A DNA stretch of 64,000 nucleotides from Podarcis vaucheri. Its lineage: Eukaryota. A model generated the notes under the pieces. The model worked only from the letters and a program-made list of their open reading frames with translations. It was not told where the DNA came from and searched no databases. The stretch lies in the NCBI GenBank assembly GCA_965113315.1, contig OZ220363.1. One strand, 5' to 3'. Each line of letters opens with the position of its first letter. Positions within the stretch are counted from its first letter, which is position 1. A program made the position numbers and the translations under genes. This document shows positions 39,596 through 53,068 of this stretch, piece by piece.

Positions 39596-39837
39596 CAGTG
39601 GTACCTCAGGTTACATACGCTTCAGGTTACATACGCTTCAGGTTACAGACTCCGCTAACCCAGAAATAGTGCTTCAGGTTAAGAACTTTGCTTCAGGATG
39701 AGAACAGAAATCGTGCTCCAGCAGCGCAGTGGCAGCAAGAGGCCCCATTAGCTAAAGTGGTGTCTCGGGTTAAAAACAGTTTCAGGTTAAGAACAGACCT
39801 CCGGAACGAATTAAGTACTTAACCCGAGGTACCACTG
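39596..39837 (+). mobile_element. Tc1/mariner MITE family A, inserted at a TA in the Bov-B copy
   Basis: TA flanks; CAGTGGTACCTC / GAGGTACCACTG TIRs. Confidence 0.92.
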
Positions 39838-40329
39838 TATTCCTTTGTCACCACTTTTGACCATCATAGGATGCTGCATGCTAAATCTGTATTGGATGAC
39901 ACTTGTGGGTATTGAATATTAGGACTCTCTGTAATAGTCTTCTATAGGATAGCTAGTTTCTGAATGTTTGTTAATTTTTCTTCTTAAAGCATTGTTCTGC
40001 TTTCCCTTGTTTGTTAGGACCTACCCTTCGTTTAAAAAAAAAACTTGCTTTACTTTTTAATTTGGGTTAGGAGTGAGTTTTCTGACAGGTCCAAGGGATT
40101 TTGCCCCCCCCCCACCAAATCTGCTAAGCTGCTTGGTGTTACGCTATCTTTTTATGCCTAAGAGGAACTTCAAGGAAATAAAAAGGGAAATACTTGGTCC
40201 TGGGGAGATAAAAGGGAACTATTTTTATCCTTCCCTTCTGAAACTAATCATTAACCAGTCTTTTACTATTAAACTGAAATGGCCAATTGAGACAAACAGT
40301 TCTGAGATGAGAAAAGACAAGGAAGAGGT

Positions 40330-40792
40330 GGCATGGGTAGAAGTTTATGAAATAATGCATGTCATGGAGAAAAGAAATAGAGAAAAGTCATTCCCCCACC
40401 CCCACCCCAGCATTAGAACTCGTGGGCATCCAATGACGAGGAATGTTGGGAAGATTCCGGACAGATGAAAGGACTTCTTCCAAAGCATTGCTGAACTTTA
40501 GAACTTGCTCCCACAGGAGGCAGTGATGGCCACCAACTTGGATGGCTTTGAAAGAGGATTAGTCGAATTTGTGAAGGCTACCAAGAGCTACTAGGCAGGA
40601 TGGCTATGTTCCACCTCCTCTATTAGAGAAAGTATGCCTCTGAATAATAGTAGCTGGGAATTGCAGGAGGGCAGAATGCTGTGGCACTCATGCCCAGCTT
40701 GCAGGCTTCCCATAGGCACCTGGTGGGCCACTGTGAGAACAGGAAGCTGGGCTAGATGGGCCTGATCCTGCAGGCTTTTTTATGTTCTTATG
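40330..40792 (+). mobile_element. Old CR1 3' end
   Basis: agaactcgtgggcatccaatga..gaatgttgg; gtgatggccaccaacttggatggcttt; gtgagaacagga..ctagatgggcct; ttatgttcttatg tail. Confidence 0.8.
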
Positions 40793-40908
40793 TAGTAAGT
40801 AGTGCTGTACACTGGATTTGGCCAAATCCTGAACAAAATTTGGCCAATTGGGGCTTACCCGGATAGATGAAGCAGCTACAAATCACCAGAGTGCTGATCA
40901 GCTTGTCC

Positions 40909-41077
40909 CAGTGGCGTAGCGTGGGGGGTGCAGGGGGGGCCGGCCGCACCGGGCGCAACATCTGGGGGTTAGGGTTAGGGGGCGCAAATCCACGGGTTAG
41001 GGGGTGCAAATCCACGGGTTAGGGGGCGCAAATTAATTGCCTTGCCCTGGGTGCTGACAACCCACGCTACGCCACTG
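40909..41077 (+). mobile_element. hAT MITE with GGGTTAGGG repeats, copy 3
   Basis: Same 17-bp TIRs; perfect TSD GCTTGTCC (40901-40908, 41078-41085); contains TTAGGGTTAGGG. Confidence 0.92.
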
Positions 41078-41116
41078 GCTTGTCCTGAATCAATTTGTAG
41101 TGATTTGTGCCAATCT

Positions 41117-41119
<3 letters not shown>

Positions 41120-41167
<48 letters not shown>
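41120..41167. repeat. (AAT)16 microsatellite
   Basis: Seen directly. Confidence 0.95.
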
Positions 41168-41172
<5 letters not shown>

Positions 41173-42198
41173 TATATCCCCACCTTTCCCCCCAACAAGT
41201 CTGACTGCTAATCTTTTTACAGTCTTCAAAGTCTTGTCGTTTCAACTCACTTGACAAGCTATAAGGCAACCTGCATTGATATTCCTAAATTTCTTAGCCA
41301 AACATTGTCAGCATGGATGAAAGAGATATAAAATTGTTTTAATCCACCTCTCCACTATTGTCGCTATTGTTCTGCTTGAGTTGGAGGGTGACTGACTGCA
41401 GCAGGGAGCCTGTTGTGTATGGTCCACGTGCATTTTTCAAACCCTGGAAAATCAGAGTTTAATTATTTGTAGGGAAATGAGTAGGACAGGCTGCCCCTGC
41501 AGGTGGTCAGCCCCTGACTCATGGAGGGTAGCAGGGATGATGACAGAGAAGGCAGGATGACAATCTCACCACCACTTCTTCTTCCACTCAGTGGATTAAA
41601 CAAAAACTCAAAAGCATTTGTCAAGACAGGTCTCTTGGAAATTCTTAGGCTATATCCACACCACACATGACTTTCTCAAAAGAATCATGAGAACTGTAAT
41701 TTACTCCTCCCAGAGATCCAATGCACAGCACCTACCATTCCCAGAATTCTTTGGAGGAATTTAAGTACATTAAATGTGATTTAAGTGCTTGGTGTGTTTG
41801 CGGCCTTAATTTGTCTGTGATTTCCCTATGGTTTTTATGCTATTAATGATGTCTTAATTGATGGCAATGTTTTGGTTTTGATACGTGTGTTGTGCTTTCT
41901 GGCCTTCTTCTGGCTTTATGTTTTCATTTTGTTTGGCTTAGGAGGGGTTTTTTTGGGGGGGAATCGTACAATAAAAAATTCTTTTAATGAAAAAGAATGT
42001 GGTGGTGAAGTACTTGCAGAAAACCTGGCATGCATCCCAGCTATAAGATAAAATTCCCTCAAAACATAATGCCAAGATTGGGTGGTGCTTTGTAAGTAGA
42101 TGTTACCAGTTAACAAGACAAGGCAACTGCCAAATGTAGCACATAAAATAAAATTAAAAAACAGTGAAAAGCTAGCTTCAGTTCTTGTGAAGACAAAA

Positions 42199-42833
42199 TA
42201 CCTTCTGAGGAACAGTTGAAGGAGCTGGGTGTGTTTAGCCTGGAAAAAAGGAGACTGAGAGGAGATATGATGGCCATCTTCAAATATCTTAACATGGGAG
42301 ATGGAGCAAGCTTGTTTCTTCCTGCTCCAGAGTGTAGGACTCGAACCAATGGATTCAAGTTACAGTGGTACCTTGGGTTAAGTACTTAATTTGTTCCGGA
42401 GGTCCGTTCTTAACCTGAAACTGTTCTTAACCTGAAGCACTACTTTAGCTAATGGGGCCTCCTGCTGTGCCATGCCGTCGCTGCACGATTTCTGTTCTCA
42501 TCCTGAAGCAAAGTTCTTAACCCGAGGTACTATTTCTGGGTTAGTGGAGTCTTTAACCTGAAGCATATGTAACCTGAAGTATATGTAACCCGAGGTACCA
42601 CTGTACAAAAAAGGAGATTCTGACTAAATATCAGTAAGAACTTTCTGTTCAACAGTAAGAGCTGTTCAACAGTGGAACAGACTCCCTTGGGAGGTTGTGT
42701 ACTCTCCTTCATTGGAGGTTTTTAAGCAGAGGTTGGATGGCCATCAGTTGTGGAGGCTTTAGTTGAGATTCCTGCTTTACAAGAGGATGGACTAGAGGAC
42801 CCTTCAGGTCCCTTCCAACTCTACGATTCTATG
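42199..42833 (+). mobile_element. CR1 LINE 3' end interrupted by a MITE
   Basis: gaggaacagttgaaggagctgggt..tttagcctgga..gagactgagaggagatatgatggccatcttcaaatat; tail ggtcccttccaactctacgattctatga. Confidence 0.88.
42363..42603 (-). mobile_element. Tc1/mariner MITE family A
   Basis: Reverse complement of the 39596 copy; TA flanks within CR1 (ttcaagtta|caaaaaaggag). Confidence 0.92.
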
Positions 42834-44361
42834 AAGATACAATCGGCAAAATTGCATAGCTACCTAGGGTCTGTTAGGAGCGTCCTACTCTTGTCTAGGA
42901 CCCTGACAGAGACACATGCCCGACTGGCATGTTCTCTCCCTCCTGGGCGATTGTTCGGGCCATGGCATCAGGTCCTAGGTTGGCCTTCCTGAAGTGATGC
43001 AATGCAGATGCCACCCCCATTCGCTGATCAGCTAAGGATCTTGCTTGATGCCCTGGAGCCAAGAGTAGCAGATAGCAACAGTTATGACAAAGAACTTAAA
43101 TCCCCCCAAGAAAGGGAGAGTAGAAAATATATATTAGTTGTGGGATAGCTATGAGGAAGGCGGAGATCCCAGGGTCAAGACAGTCAAAATTCCTTCCCTA
43201 CTGTATCAACCAGTGGCTAAACTGGGTCTACAACAATGTGCAAAAATCTTAATGCACCAATAATAAGACAAATATAAGGAGGCATGTAGGCTGGTAGGTC
43301 ATAACCAATTGCTAGGTCTGTGGAAGGTCATCCTCATATCCATAATGAGTGAACCTCATGAGTGGAGATATCCCCCCTTAGTCAACCCAAGTCAGATGTT
43401 GTTCCCACTGAAAAACAAAATGTGCTAATGAACATTCACACCAGCAGTAACTGCAGAGAATTAATGAGTATTTTTTACTTATCAGATACTTTACAGTAAG
43501 GGAAGCTGGGACTAAATGCAAACAACAACAACCAAAACCTATGGGCTGCAATTTTGAGGACAACCACATTGTGTGGGTACTGGGGAGCGGGAGGGCAACC
43601 CTGCACGCATGAGCAGCACGAATTTCACAATAAATACCTCAAAGCACCCCTAGATAGCAAGAAAGCAAACTTGTGAGCCTGTGAGAAAACTCCTTGGAGA
43701 TGCAGTGAGGTTCTTTCCCTTTTTCTGGCAGAGCTGCATGAGAAAATAACAGAAGGGCAGGCCTTACCTTGCCCCTGCTTTATGCTCCAGGAAACGGGAA
43801 GTAGATTAGAGTTGCCTTGTTCGATCATCGTGATCTAACTACTTAAGCTGCCCCACCCCACCTCAGTACAACTGCAGAGCACAGCGCAGCATTCCTCACA
43901 GAGCTGTTATCTTCTTTAAAGCATGCCCAAGTGTCTTTCCTTGTCCTTGACAGTTTGCATAAAGCACAGGCTTTATCACCAGCGAGAGAAACAACTGGAC
44001 ACATTTCTTGTTTTGAAGGACATTCCTATTGCTTTAGGTTTTAAACATTTATGCAGAACAGTTATGCTCCGGTATGCTCAAGTCAACGTTCGGTATTTGC
44101 TCAATTACCCAGAGTAGGCAGAGTCAAATGTAGTCTTAACTATCTGCCAAGGTATCATGGGGAAAGGAACAATAATGCAAGGTTGGTTTGGAAACAAATC
44201 TGAGAGTAATTTCCCTCAGCTTTGAAATGTAACCTCTTGAACCAATGCAAAAAAAAAAAGATACAGTTGCCATCAAACCCAACTTAGAAACAGATAACGC
44301 ACACCAACACTATTACAATGGTGCAAAGTTCAGGAGAAAATGGCCACTAGGCTCAATACTA

Positions 44362-44587
44362 CAGTGGTACCTCAGGTTAAGTACTTAATTCGTTCCAGAG
44401 GTCCGTTCATAACCTGAAACTGTTCTTAACCTGAGACACCACTTTAGCTAATGGGGTCTCCCGCTACCACTGCGCCGCCGCCATGCAATTTCTGTTCTCA
44501 TCCTGAAGCAAAGTTCTTAACCCGAGGTACTGTTTCTGGGTTAGAGGAGTCTGTAACCTGAAGCGTCTGTAACCCGAGGTACCACTG
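44362..44587 (-). mobile_element. Tc1/mariner MITE family A
   Basis: TA flanks, TIRs, identity to the other copies. Confidence 0.92.
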
Positions 44588-44738
44588 TATTTATTATACT
44601 ATTTTTTGGATTCTCAGTTATTCCTCTTTTTTATGATAGAATCAGTAGTCTTAAAAAGCAATTATACAATGCATTCATTTGCATGCAGCTCAGGAGCGAT
44701 TCTTGTTTAGTTCAATGGTTCCTACTCTTGCATAAATA

Positions 44739-44980
44739 CAGTGGTACCTCGGTTTTCGAACGTAATCCTTTCTGGAAGACTGTTCGAGTTCTGAAACGTT
44801 TGAAAACCGAAAACTCAATAGCCAACAGCTAGGCCTCAGGATCTTGCACTCAGCGGAAGCCGTGTGGCATGTTCGACTTCCGAGACATGTTATAAAACCA
44901 AAGCATTTACTTCCAGGTTTACAGCGTTTGAAAACCAAAATGTTTGTCAGTGGAGACATTCGAAAACTGAGTTATAACTG
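44739..44980. mobile_element. Tc1/mariner MITE (family B-like)
   Basis: TA-CAGTGGTACCTCGGTTTTCGAA ... TTCGAAAACTGAGTTATAACTG-TA. Confidence 0.8.
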
Positions 44981-45206
44981 TATGTATATTATTGTATGCA
45001 GAGGCAGCAATCCCATCTATATACACTTAGCTAGGAGTCTCATTGAACTCAATAGGGCTTATGACTGAGCAGACATGTATAGGATGGTCCTGTAAAAGAC
45101 AGAACTGGTGGTGGGTGACTACGAACGAGACCTTGGGGTTGTAGTGGAGAGCCTGATGAAGATGTTGACCCACTGTGCGGCAGCTGTGAAACAGGCAAAG
45201 TCCTCA

Positions 45207-45257
45207 TAGCTCAGTTGATAAAGCATGAGACTCTTAATCTCAAGGTTGTGGGGTCAG
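45207..45257 (+). mobile_element. tRNA-Lys(CTT)-derived SINE head fragment
   Basis: tagctcagttgataaagcatgagactcttaatctcaaggttgtggg; lacks a T arm and acceptor stem. Confidence 0.6.
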
Positions 45258-45510
45258 ACTAGACCCATTAAAATCAATGTGTTAAGTTAGTCATTTGTCA
45301 ACTAATTTCAATGAATCTACTCTAAGTGTGACTTGCTCAGATACAGCCCAATAGTTTCAGTGTCAGAACTGCTCCTTCTGCATTTGTGTTGCGCTCAGGA
45401 GGATTTACCATTGGCAAGGCTGATTCCAGGATTAGTTGTGACTTGAGTGGCAGACATTGTCAGTCCTTGTAAATTCCATTTCAGCTATGGAAGGTGGGGC
45501 CTGGCTGCAA

Positions 45511-45514
<4 letters not shown>

Positions 45515-45541
<27 letters not shown>

Positions 45542-45542
45542 C
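45515..45542. repeat. (AC)14 microsatellite
   Basis: Seen directly. Confidence 0.95.
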
Positions 45543-47660
45543 CCCTCATGGTAGCAGCAAGTGTTCAAAGTCTCCAAGTGCTAACTTTTGACTGCTTACA
45601 CAGCATACTTTTAAAGCACCTGGCATCCTTGGGAACCGTAGTTTACCCCTCATTGCTGTTACTGCTGAATTCAGGTTCATGCAACACATGACCTATGATC
45701 TTTTCCAAGGTTCAGGAAAAGCCTAAAAGCAATGGCAGGCAGTATAGGAATATATATTTCGGTTGTGGCTATAAAGAGTTGCAGGGTCTTATTTGGGGGG
45801 ATTTTTCCTGTGTACTCGCCATACATTTAAAGCACACTGAAAGAATATTATTTCCCCTCAGAAAATCTTGGGAACTGTAGTTTTACCCCTCACATACATA
45901 AAAACCCCGGCACCTTTTAGCAGACTACAGTTCCTAGGGTTCTCTGGGAGAGAGTCGTGTGTTTTAAAGGTGCTGTGAGTGTATGGTGTGTACACAGCCT
46001 TATTTTTAGAAGGGGGCTGCTTGCACTGTCAAGAGGTGAAATAGTCCCTCAACAGTAGGATCCTTGGGAAGGTTTAGGACACAAGCCACTACAGAGGTGG
46101 CTGACTCAGAATTCTGGAGTCTTTTCTTTTGGTTCTCCTCCTTGATTTTATGGCCATTCATTCAATATCAATATTTTTTTCATTTCAGGCAAGAAGTAGA
46201 CAGAGACATCAAGTCGCAACAATTCAGTTTTCATGCTAAGGTGCATGGGGAAGAGAGTTAGGTAGAACGAAACACAGTAAAGAGATACTTAAGCACGATT
46301 ACTGTTTGTTCTGCATGGTTTTTCCTCAGGCAGCACCAGCAGCAAAAAGACAGTTACGAAAAGGTCAGCTCCTACCCCTTTTCCTAAACTGTAGCATGAC
46401 TCAGAAGAACAAGCAACTGAAGAGACTTCATGGAAGCCTGAAGGCAAACTTTGCCTTTAATACCTGCTGACTGATTCTACTTTCTTGCATGATCTAAACA
46501 GTGGAGGAGGAGGGCGTAAAGGGTGTTTTTAAAAAAGAGAGCAACAATATTTTGAATGCATTTTGCAAAAGCTGATTTCATTCCAAAGCATTTCAAACAT
46601 TTATTTCTGCCCCAACTGTAATGTTATTTGGGGTGGACTTTATCACCAGGGTAATTTCCAAAGTTAATCATTAGCCAGATTGGAATATGACTATTAACAA
46701 GGCTTTGTAGCATTCCAGATCTTTCAGGTATGCCGTTAGCAAACCCTAGCACCTTGTTCCATGGAAACACAGCGAGTAATCTGAAGATGTCTCAGGGGGT
46801 TGTGACCTACATCTATTTTTCTCCTAGATCTTTATTACAACATATATCAGTTATCTTCTAGTAATTCCCTATAGAAACGGAAAAGAAACAAAAGAAACAA
46901 TGTATCCAGATACATGGAAGCAGGTCAGAACAATAACTGAGACAGGGCCTGAAGTTACTTTCAATGAATTCAAACTCCAGGGCCTGATGAGCTGCACCCA
47001 AGGGTACTAAAGGAGCTTGCAGATGTAATCTCATAGTCTCTGGCGGCAATCTTTGAGAATTTTTGGAGTACTGGTGTGGTCCCTACGGACTGGAGGTGGG
47101 CAAATGTTGTCCCGATATTCAAAAGTGGGGGAGAAGACCAAGGTAACTACTGACTGGTGAGCTTGACATCGAAAACCAGGAAAGGTCCTAGAACAGATTA
47201 AACAGTTGGTCTGTGAGCACTTAGAAAAGGATGATGTGATTATTAAGACCCAGCATGGATTTCTCAAAAAGAAGTCATGCCAGACAAATATTTATTTATT
47301 TTTTATAGAGTTACAGGCTTGGTGGATCAGGAGAATGCAGTGGATGTAGTGTATCTTGATTGCATCTTGATGGCTTTGAACAAAGTCCCACATGGCATTC
47401 TTGCAGAGAAGCTAGTAAAAGGTGGACTGGACAAGGTAACTTAGGTGGATTTGGGGCTGGCTGACTGACCAAACTCAAAGAGTACTTATTAATGTCTCCT
47501 CATCATCCTGGGGGAAAAGTGAAAAATGGGATGCTGCAGGGTTCTGTCTTAGTTGACCACAAGTTTAACATGAGTCAACAGTGTGATGCACCAGCAAAAA
47601 AAAGGTAATGCTATTCTAGGTTGCATCAGTAGAAGTATAGTGTCCAGGTCAAGGAAAGTA

Positions 47661-47978
47661 CCGTAGATTCCGGCGTATAAGGCGACTTTTAAACCCCAGA
47701 AAATCTTCTCCAAAGTCGGAGGTCACCTTATATGCTGGGTATGGGTGGCGCGGAGCAGAGCCCACCCCCCACTGCTGCGGCGGTGACTTCGAAACAGCAG
47801 CAGGCAGCAGGCTCAGCTCCGTGCCGGGCGGCTTTATCCCAGCTCAGAGCTGAGCCCGCCCCCTGTTGCTGCCCAGTGTATTGGGCAACTGGGCTTATAA
47901 GATGAACCCCCAAATTGCAGCTGCCAATTTGGGGGGTCGCCTAATACACCCAGTCGCCTAATACGCTGGAATCTACGG
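47661..47978. mobile_element. Tc2/pogo-like MITE
   Basis: TA flanks; TIRs CCGTAGATTCCGGCGTATAAGGCGAC / GTCGCCTAATACGCTGGAATCTACGG; CR1 sequence rejoins across it. Confidence 0.88.
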
Positions 47979-48386
47979 TAATAGTACCACTCTATTCTGC
48001 CTTGGTCAGACCACACCTGAAATATCGTATCCAGTTCTGGGCACCACAATTTAAGAAATGAATTGACAAGCTGGAACATGTGCAGAGGAGGACCACCAAG
48101 ATGATCAAGGGTCTGCAAACCAAGCCTTATGAGGAATGGTAGAGGGAGCTGGGTATGATAGCCATCTTCAAATATCTCAAGGGCTTTCACATGGAAGATT
48201 GAGCAAACTTTTTTTTCCCTGCTCCAGAGGGCAGGACTCGAACCAATGGCTTCAAGTTACAAGATAGGAGGTCCCAACTAAACATCAGGGAGAATTTTCT
48301 GACAGTAAGAGCTCTTCAGTAGTGGAACAGACCCCTTCAGGAGGTTGTGGGCTCTTCTTCCTTGGAGGTTTTTAAGCAGAGGCTGA

Positions 48387-48815
48387 TGTTACGGCTGGCT
48401 GGAAAGCAAAACAGGATGTGAATGTTTGGGACTGTACCGTGAGAACAAAGGGGCAGTCTATTCACTGTGCTGAGCACCGGATGTTAGCTCAGAGTGTCAT
48501 TTGACCTGTACAGGAAGTACAGGAGGTGGAGTTTGTCTCTCTGCTGTTGGAGTCTGAAGAGATCAGACGCATTTCTCTGTAATGCTGCAAAGACAGAAAT
48601 AAAGGCATGTAAATACATTTCTGTCTATCTCTTTCCCCTCCCTGGGGGGAGCAGGGAGCAGGGAAGACTGGTGTGTTCTTCTCACGCTTGAGGAGGATCG
48701 CCGATAGTGACCTAGCCTGTATCCTGCCGGGAATGCAGACAGGGAGGTCAACCAGGAGATCAAGCCGGGTGCCTGGAGAGTGGCCAGTTCCTCTGATAAG
48801 GCTTGAAATCTGACA
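48387..48815 (+). mobile_element. Solo LTR inserted in the CR1 3' end
   Basis: TGTTAC...CTGACA termini; TSD GCTGA/GTTGA; AATAAA at 48598-48603; CR1 (tttaagcagag|..atggtcatctgtcatgg) is continuous across it. Confidence 0.8.
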
Positions 48816-51800
48816 GTTGAATGGTCATCTGTCATGGAAGCTTTGGTTGAGATTTCTGCAATGCAGGGGGTTAGATTAGATGACCCTTGTCATCTATGAT
48901 TCTATAATATGTTCTCCCCCCCTCCCCCCAAGCCACTTCTCCATTCTCAATGCCAAATGAAGTGCAATGTGAGAGTTCCATCTCAGGAGCTCCTGAAATG
49001 TCCCTTCCCACAAAAATAAAAAATGCTGCATGTTGGATGATTTGGTTATGGGCCAGAGCACAGGGGAGGCAGTTTAACGTTTAGGCCCTGCAGTGCTCTG
49101 ATACAAATAGTCCCCAAGAACTGATATGAGGTCAAAGAAGAAGTGGATCACAGGTGAGGTGGGGCCACTATGCTAGCTCCCCGGCAGATGGGTTGCTATT
49201 GCCTCCTGGGAGGAGGAGAGTTAGGCAGCGGGGAGGATGTGGCACTCCTGCTGGTGTGTTTGCACTGCATCAACCTTCCGGCCAACTTACTCCTCCCTAT
49301 CAGTCAGTAAGATAGCATAGTGGTTCCATCCCAGCCAGTGAGTTGCTGTTGGGGCGATGGGTTAACTCCTCCTGCACAGTCTCTTGTATTAATTAAGAAC
49401 ATATGAAGAGCCTGATGGATAAGACCAATGGCCCATCTAGCCTAGCACCCTGTTCTCACAATGAATGGAATTTATATGCCAGTCTCTTTCTATCCATGCC
49501 TCCATCTTCTTACCTATCCATTACTACAACTACTGGGAAAGAGCACAGCCCCACCACAATGTGAAAAGGCTATTACAAATGTTACAAGGTCACTTGACAC
49601 TAGGGATGGGGGAAGAAATTAATTTCAATTAGCAGCTAAATGTGAATCTCCTTATTTTGCACTTTCCAAAACAATATGAGAACCACCCTTCAAAATCCAC
49701 ACTTCTGAATTTTTCAGTATTCGCCAGCAAATTAAGGTGTCCAAAAATGCATTACCTCTGCAGTAAAATGTGCACAAAAATGAATATACTGGTGAACAAA
49801 GCGTACCAAAATGCATTATATAACGGGAATAGCTTTGTAAAGGATGCATATCCTTTTAGATCATTTCTCCCCAGACAGACGGATGCCAACAAACATGCCA
49901 CTTCAATTTTTTAAAAACAAATCTCAAAGGAGTTTACAACTTAAAGCATCCATTAAACATTACAACATATCAAAATATAAAAAACTGCAGATGTAGATCA
50001 AATATAACAAGCACTCTTAAAGCAGGATCATTAACAGGGAAATAAAATATTCTCTAAAGCATCAGAACGTTACAGATAAAAATCAAATGCAAAAATAAAA
50101 GAAAAAACTCCACAGAACAGCATCATTAGTAATGAAATGCAGTAACTGAAATAGAAGCTGCACCCACAATGCCCTCACCCAACACAGCAACCTCTTCCAT
50201 TTACATCCTTAGTCATCTTCCTACATGCAAGTGTCATTTTCATGTATTTCCACCAGCTATGCAGATAACTAATCCTCAAGCAACCAGTCATTAAAGAACA
50301 AACATTTGGTCTGCTAAAATACATACCAGCGTTAAGCATAGTTTACAACCAGCTCATTCACCCACTTCCGTCTAGGGCCATGCAGTGTCATATAAACAAC
50401 AACAGAACCACTCCCTCCCAGGTTCCCACCCAGGAGTAGATCAGTTCAGTCTCTCACACCAAACCATGACAACACAGACTCTTACTCTGTGCAGCCAAAA
50501 CACAAGTCCAATCACTTCACAACAATACACCGCTCACTTTATCCTATTGGGTAACACATTCCACAGTACAAAATTAAAAGAGGAAGTGCCGTCATGGAGA
50601 TCTCAAAAGATCTGTTTCATAGCAACTTTATCTTAGCCTGCAGGCCAGAAAGAAGCCATGTAGTAGATGAGCATTTAGGACAGTGTAGTGGCACTGGATG
50701 TGGAAAGCACCTTCTCAAAGTCTGGTAAGCGCTTGCCCAGCTTCAGGGAGGAGGCGTGAGGACTCTGACAGTGTCCTAGAGTCATCCTTCCTCCTTCCCA
50801 AAGCTGGGCAAGCACTTACTAGGCCTTGGGAAGGATGCCAGAGGACTCTAGGACCCTGCCAGAGCCTTGAACCTCCTTCCCAAAGCTGGGCTTAAGCCAG
50901 AACTGCAAGGGCTGAGGGGTGGGCATCAAATGTTGACCTTGCACAGGGTGGCATATTACTAAGGTTCACCCCTGCATGTAGCCACTGGGATTTACACTCT
51001 TCTCCTCTGGAATCAGCAACAGTGATCCACTGGCTGTCTAGGCAAGCAGAGAGAAAGGATTCTTCCTCGTCCCTGGACCTCTAATCAACAGAAGTGGGGA
51101 GGGGAAGCAGAACGCACAAGGGGATTGAACAAGTTCTTCCCTGTCCCAGGTATACAAATGTGTATGAAAGGAAAAACTCACAAATTTTCATGAGGATTCC
51201 ACTGATGTGGAAATGTAGAATTCAGGAAGTGGAAAATGAGAAACTGAAAGAAACCAAAACTGGCAGATTCACCCATTATGGAGAGGTCCTTTCCTATGTT
51301 ATATCATTAGTATCCATCACATGTGATCCAGGCCTAAGGATCCCCTGCCAGTGAAATGCAAAGGCTGAAGAAAAATTTGGCTCTCGTGGTTCCTTGGAGT
51401 CTCAAGCATTACTGCAACAAAATGTAAGAACCCCTGTTCAAGGGCATTCTCTTAGAGGTGACTCAGAAAAAAATAATGATGTCTGCTAAGATCTAACGTG
51501 GCCAGCAAAACCTTCTTTTGAAGCGTGTGTGCTTTTTGGATCCCACCCCCACCCCCACGTCATTCTGTTTTGTAATGACCTTGCTAGTTTCTAGACTTTG
51601 GTGAGATCACAGTCCAGCTGCATCCAGAAATTCAATGAACAATTTCTCTGCTTCCCAACATAATAGATCATTAGCAGTTTGTCACAAAAGGTTTCTGTAT
51701 ACTTGAGCTTATACGGTCTGAGGAAGTATCTTGTCTTCTCACTCCTGCTCCCCACTAGACATTATGCATAGCAATTTTATTGTGTACCAAAGCCCCCTGG

Positions 51801-52148
51801 ACCTGAAATGGAACTTACCAGATTTCAGTAGATTCCTGCCCCACCAATATTCAGACACACGCAAAAATTAAGATGCACCACCAACTGAATTCAGGTGCAT
51901 TTCTGCTGTGTTAGAGCTAATCTTCTGTGAGCAGAGGCTTATACATTTCAATCTTATAGTCTGACCCTAAACAGTTTTCCTGACCTATTTGCTTACAAAG
52001 CTGGAGTAATGTTAACCTAATGTCATGGTTTGCAATTCTTTAAACTTGGTGATACAGTAGCCTTTCCCTTCTCTAAGGACCTATTTGCTACCATATTGAA
52101 TTATTACGCTATGAGACTAGGTGTTTACCTACCAAGCAACAAGTCACC

Positions 52149-52321
52149 CATAGGAGCAAACTCCTAGGGGCTGTGGTCCCTTCGCTTGCCGCCCAATAAA
52201 ATATTTGAGATCCTCCCAAAGTTAATGGACATTACCATTCAAATGGTGTGCATGCACCACATCATGTGATCAATTTTGTGGGGTGAGGCTTGCCTGCCCC
52301 CCCCCCCAGTTGACATCCCTG
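52149..52321 (+). mobile_element. hAT-type MITE (same family as 28798)
   Basis: CATAGGAGCAAACT...AGTTGACATCCCTG; internal similarity to 28798-28976. Confidence 0.7.
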
Positions 52322-52960
52322 ATCTCAGCTCAAATGCTACAATTTCCCTTGTGAAATAATCGTTTGGAAATTCAAACCATCTAGCATCAATCTCTTTACT
52401 ATCAGCCAAAACCATACACCTGGGGAAATAAATGTGTCTTAATCTGATTCCTATAAACTCCCCATAGAGTGAGAGGGCACCCCCTCTCACTCTATGGGGA
52501 GGTTGTTCTGTGTCCAGGGTACCACAACAGAGAAAACTCTGCCCCACATAAGCCAAGAAGAATCATGGTAAGAACAGGCATAGCAACTTATGTGCCATCT
52601 CAATAGCCTTTGAGACACATGAAATACAGTAATTAATTGAAGTGGGATCTCAGGATAGACCCACCTCATTTGTCTCACCACTGGTGATTTTGAGACACTG
52701 TTTATTAGTGCCAGCTGCATGGTCCAATAGGAACACAGCACCTAATTATGTTTCCTAATTATGGAGCCATGGGAGAAAATATGAGGGTCAGGTGGTATTA
52801 TGATACCCTAGTCTGTATTGGCGTTTTAGTAGAGTGGATTTGCCCTTTTTATGTTATTGCAGGATGAGCACTTTTAGCCAATTATTGCTCATTTGTCATT
52901 TTGGTGCAATTTAAATGTTGTATTACATATGCTTTTATAATTGTAAGTCACTCAGAGACA

Positions 52961-53068
52961 TTGTGGTAGTAAGCGACAAATAAATGCAATAAATAATTGT
53001 GGTAGTAAGCGACAAATAAATGCAATAAATAATTGTGGTAGTAAGCGACAAATAAATGCAATAAATAA
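52961..53068. repeat. 3 x 36-bp perfect tandem repeat (TTGTGGTAGTAAGCGACAAATAAATGCAATAAATAA)
   Basis: Units at 52961, 52997 and 53033 are identical. Confidence 0.95.

Larger units (their letters stand above)
46950..48906 (+). mobile_element. CR1 LINE (decayed RT region to 3' end) with a nested MITE and a nested solo LTR
   Basis: Translates to ELHPRVLKELADVIS, DWRWANVVPIFK, TQHGFLKKKSCQTN and [20 protein letters not shown]; CR1 3' tail; frameshifts and deletions. Confidence 0.9.

Noticed and set aside
40960-41030. True interstitial telomere or chromosome-fusion scar
   Set aside because: The TTAGGG motifs are confined within a TIR/TSD-bounded MITE, and there is no long (TTAGGG)n array.
45207-45257. 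Functional tRNA-Lys gene (also 39026 and 54750)
   Set aside because: The cloverleafs are incomplete or mutated, and two continue into SINE bodies; these are SINE heads.
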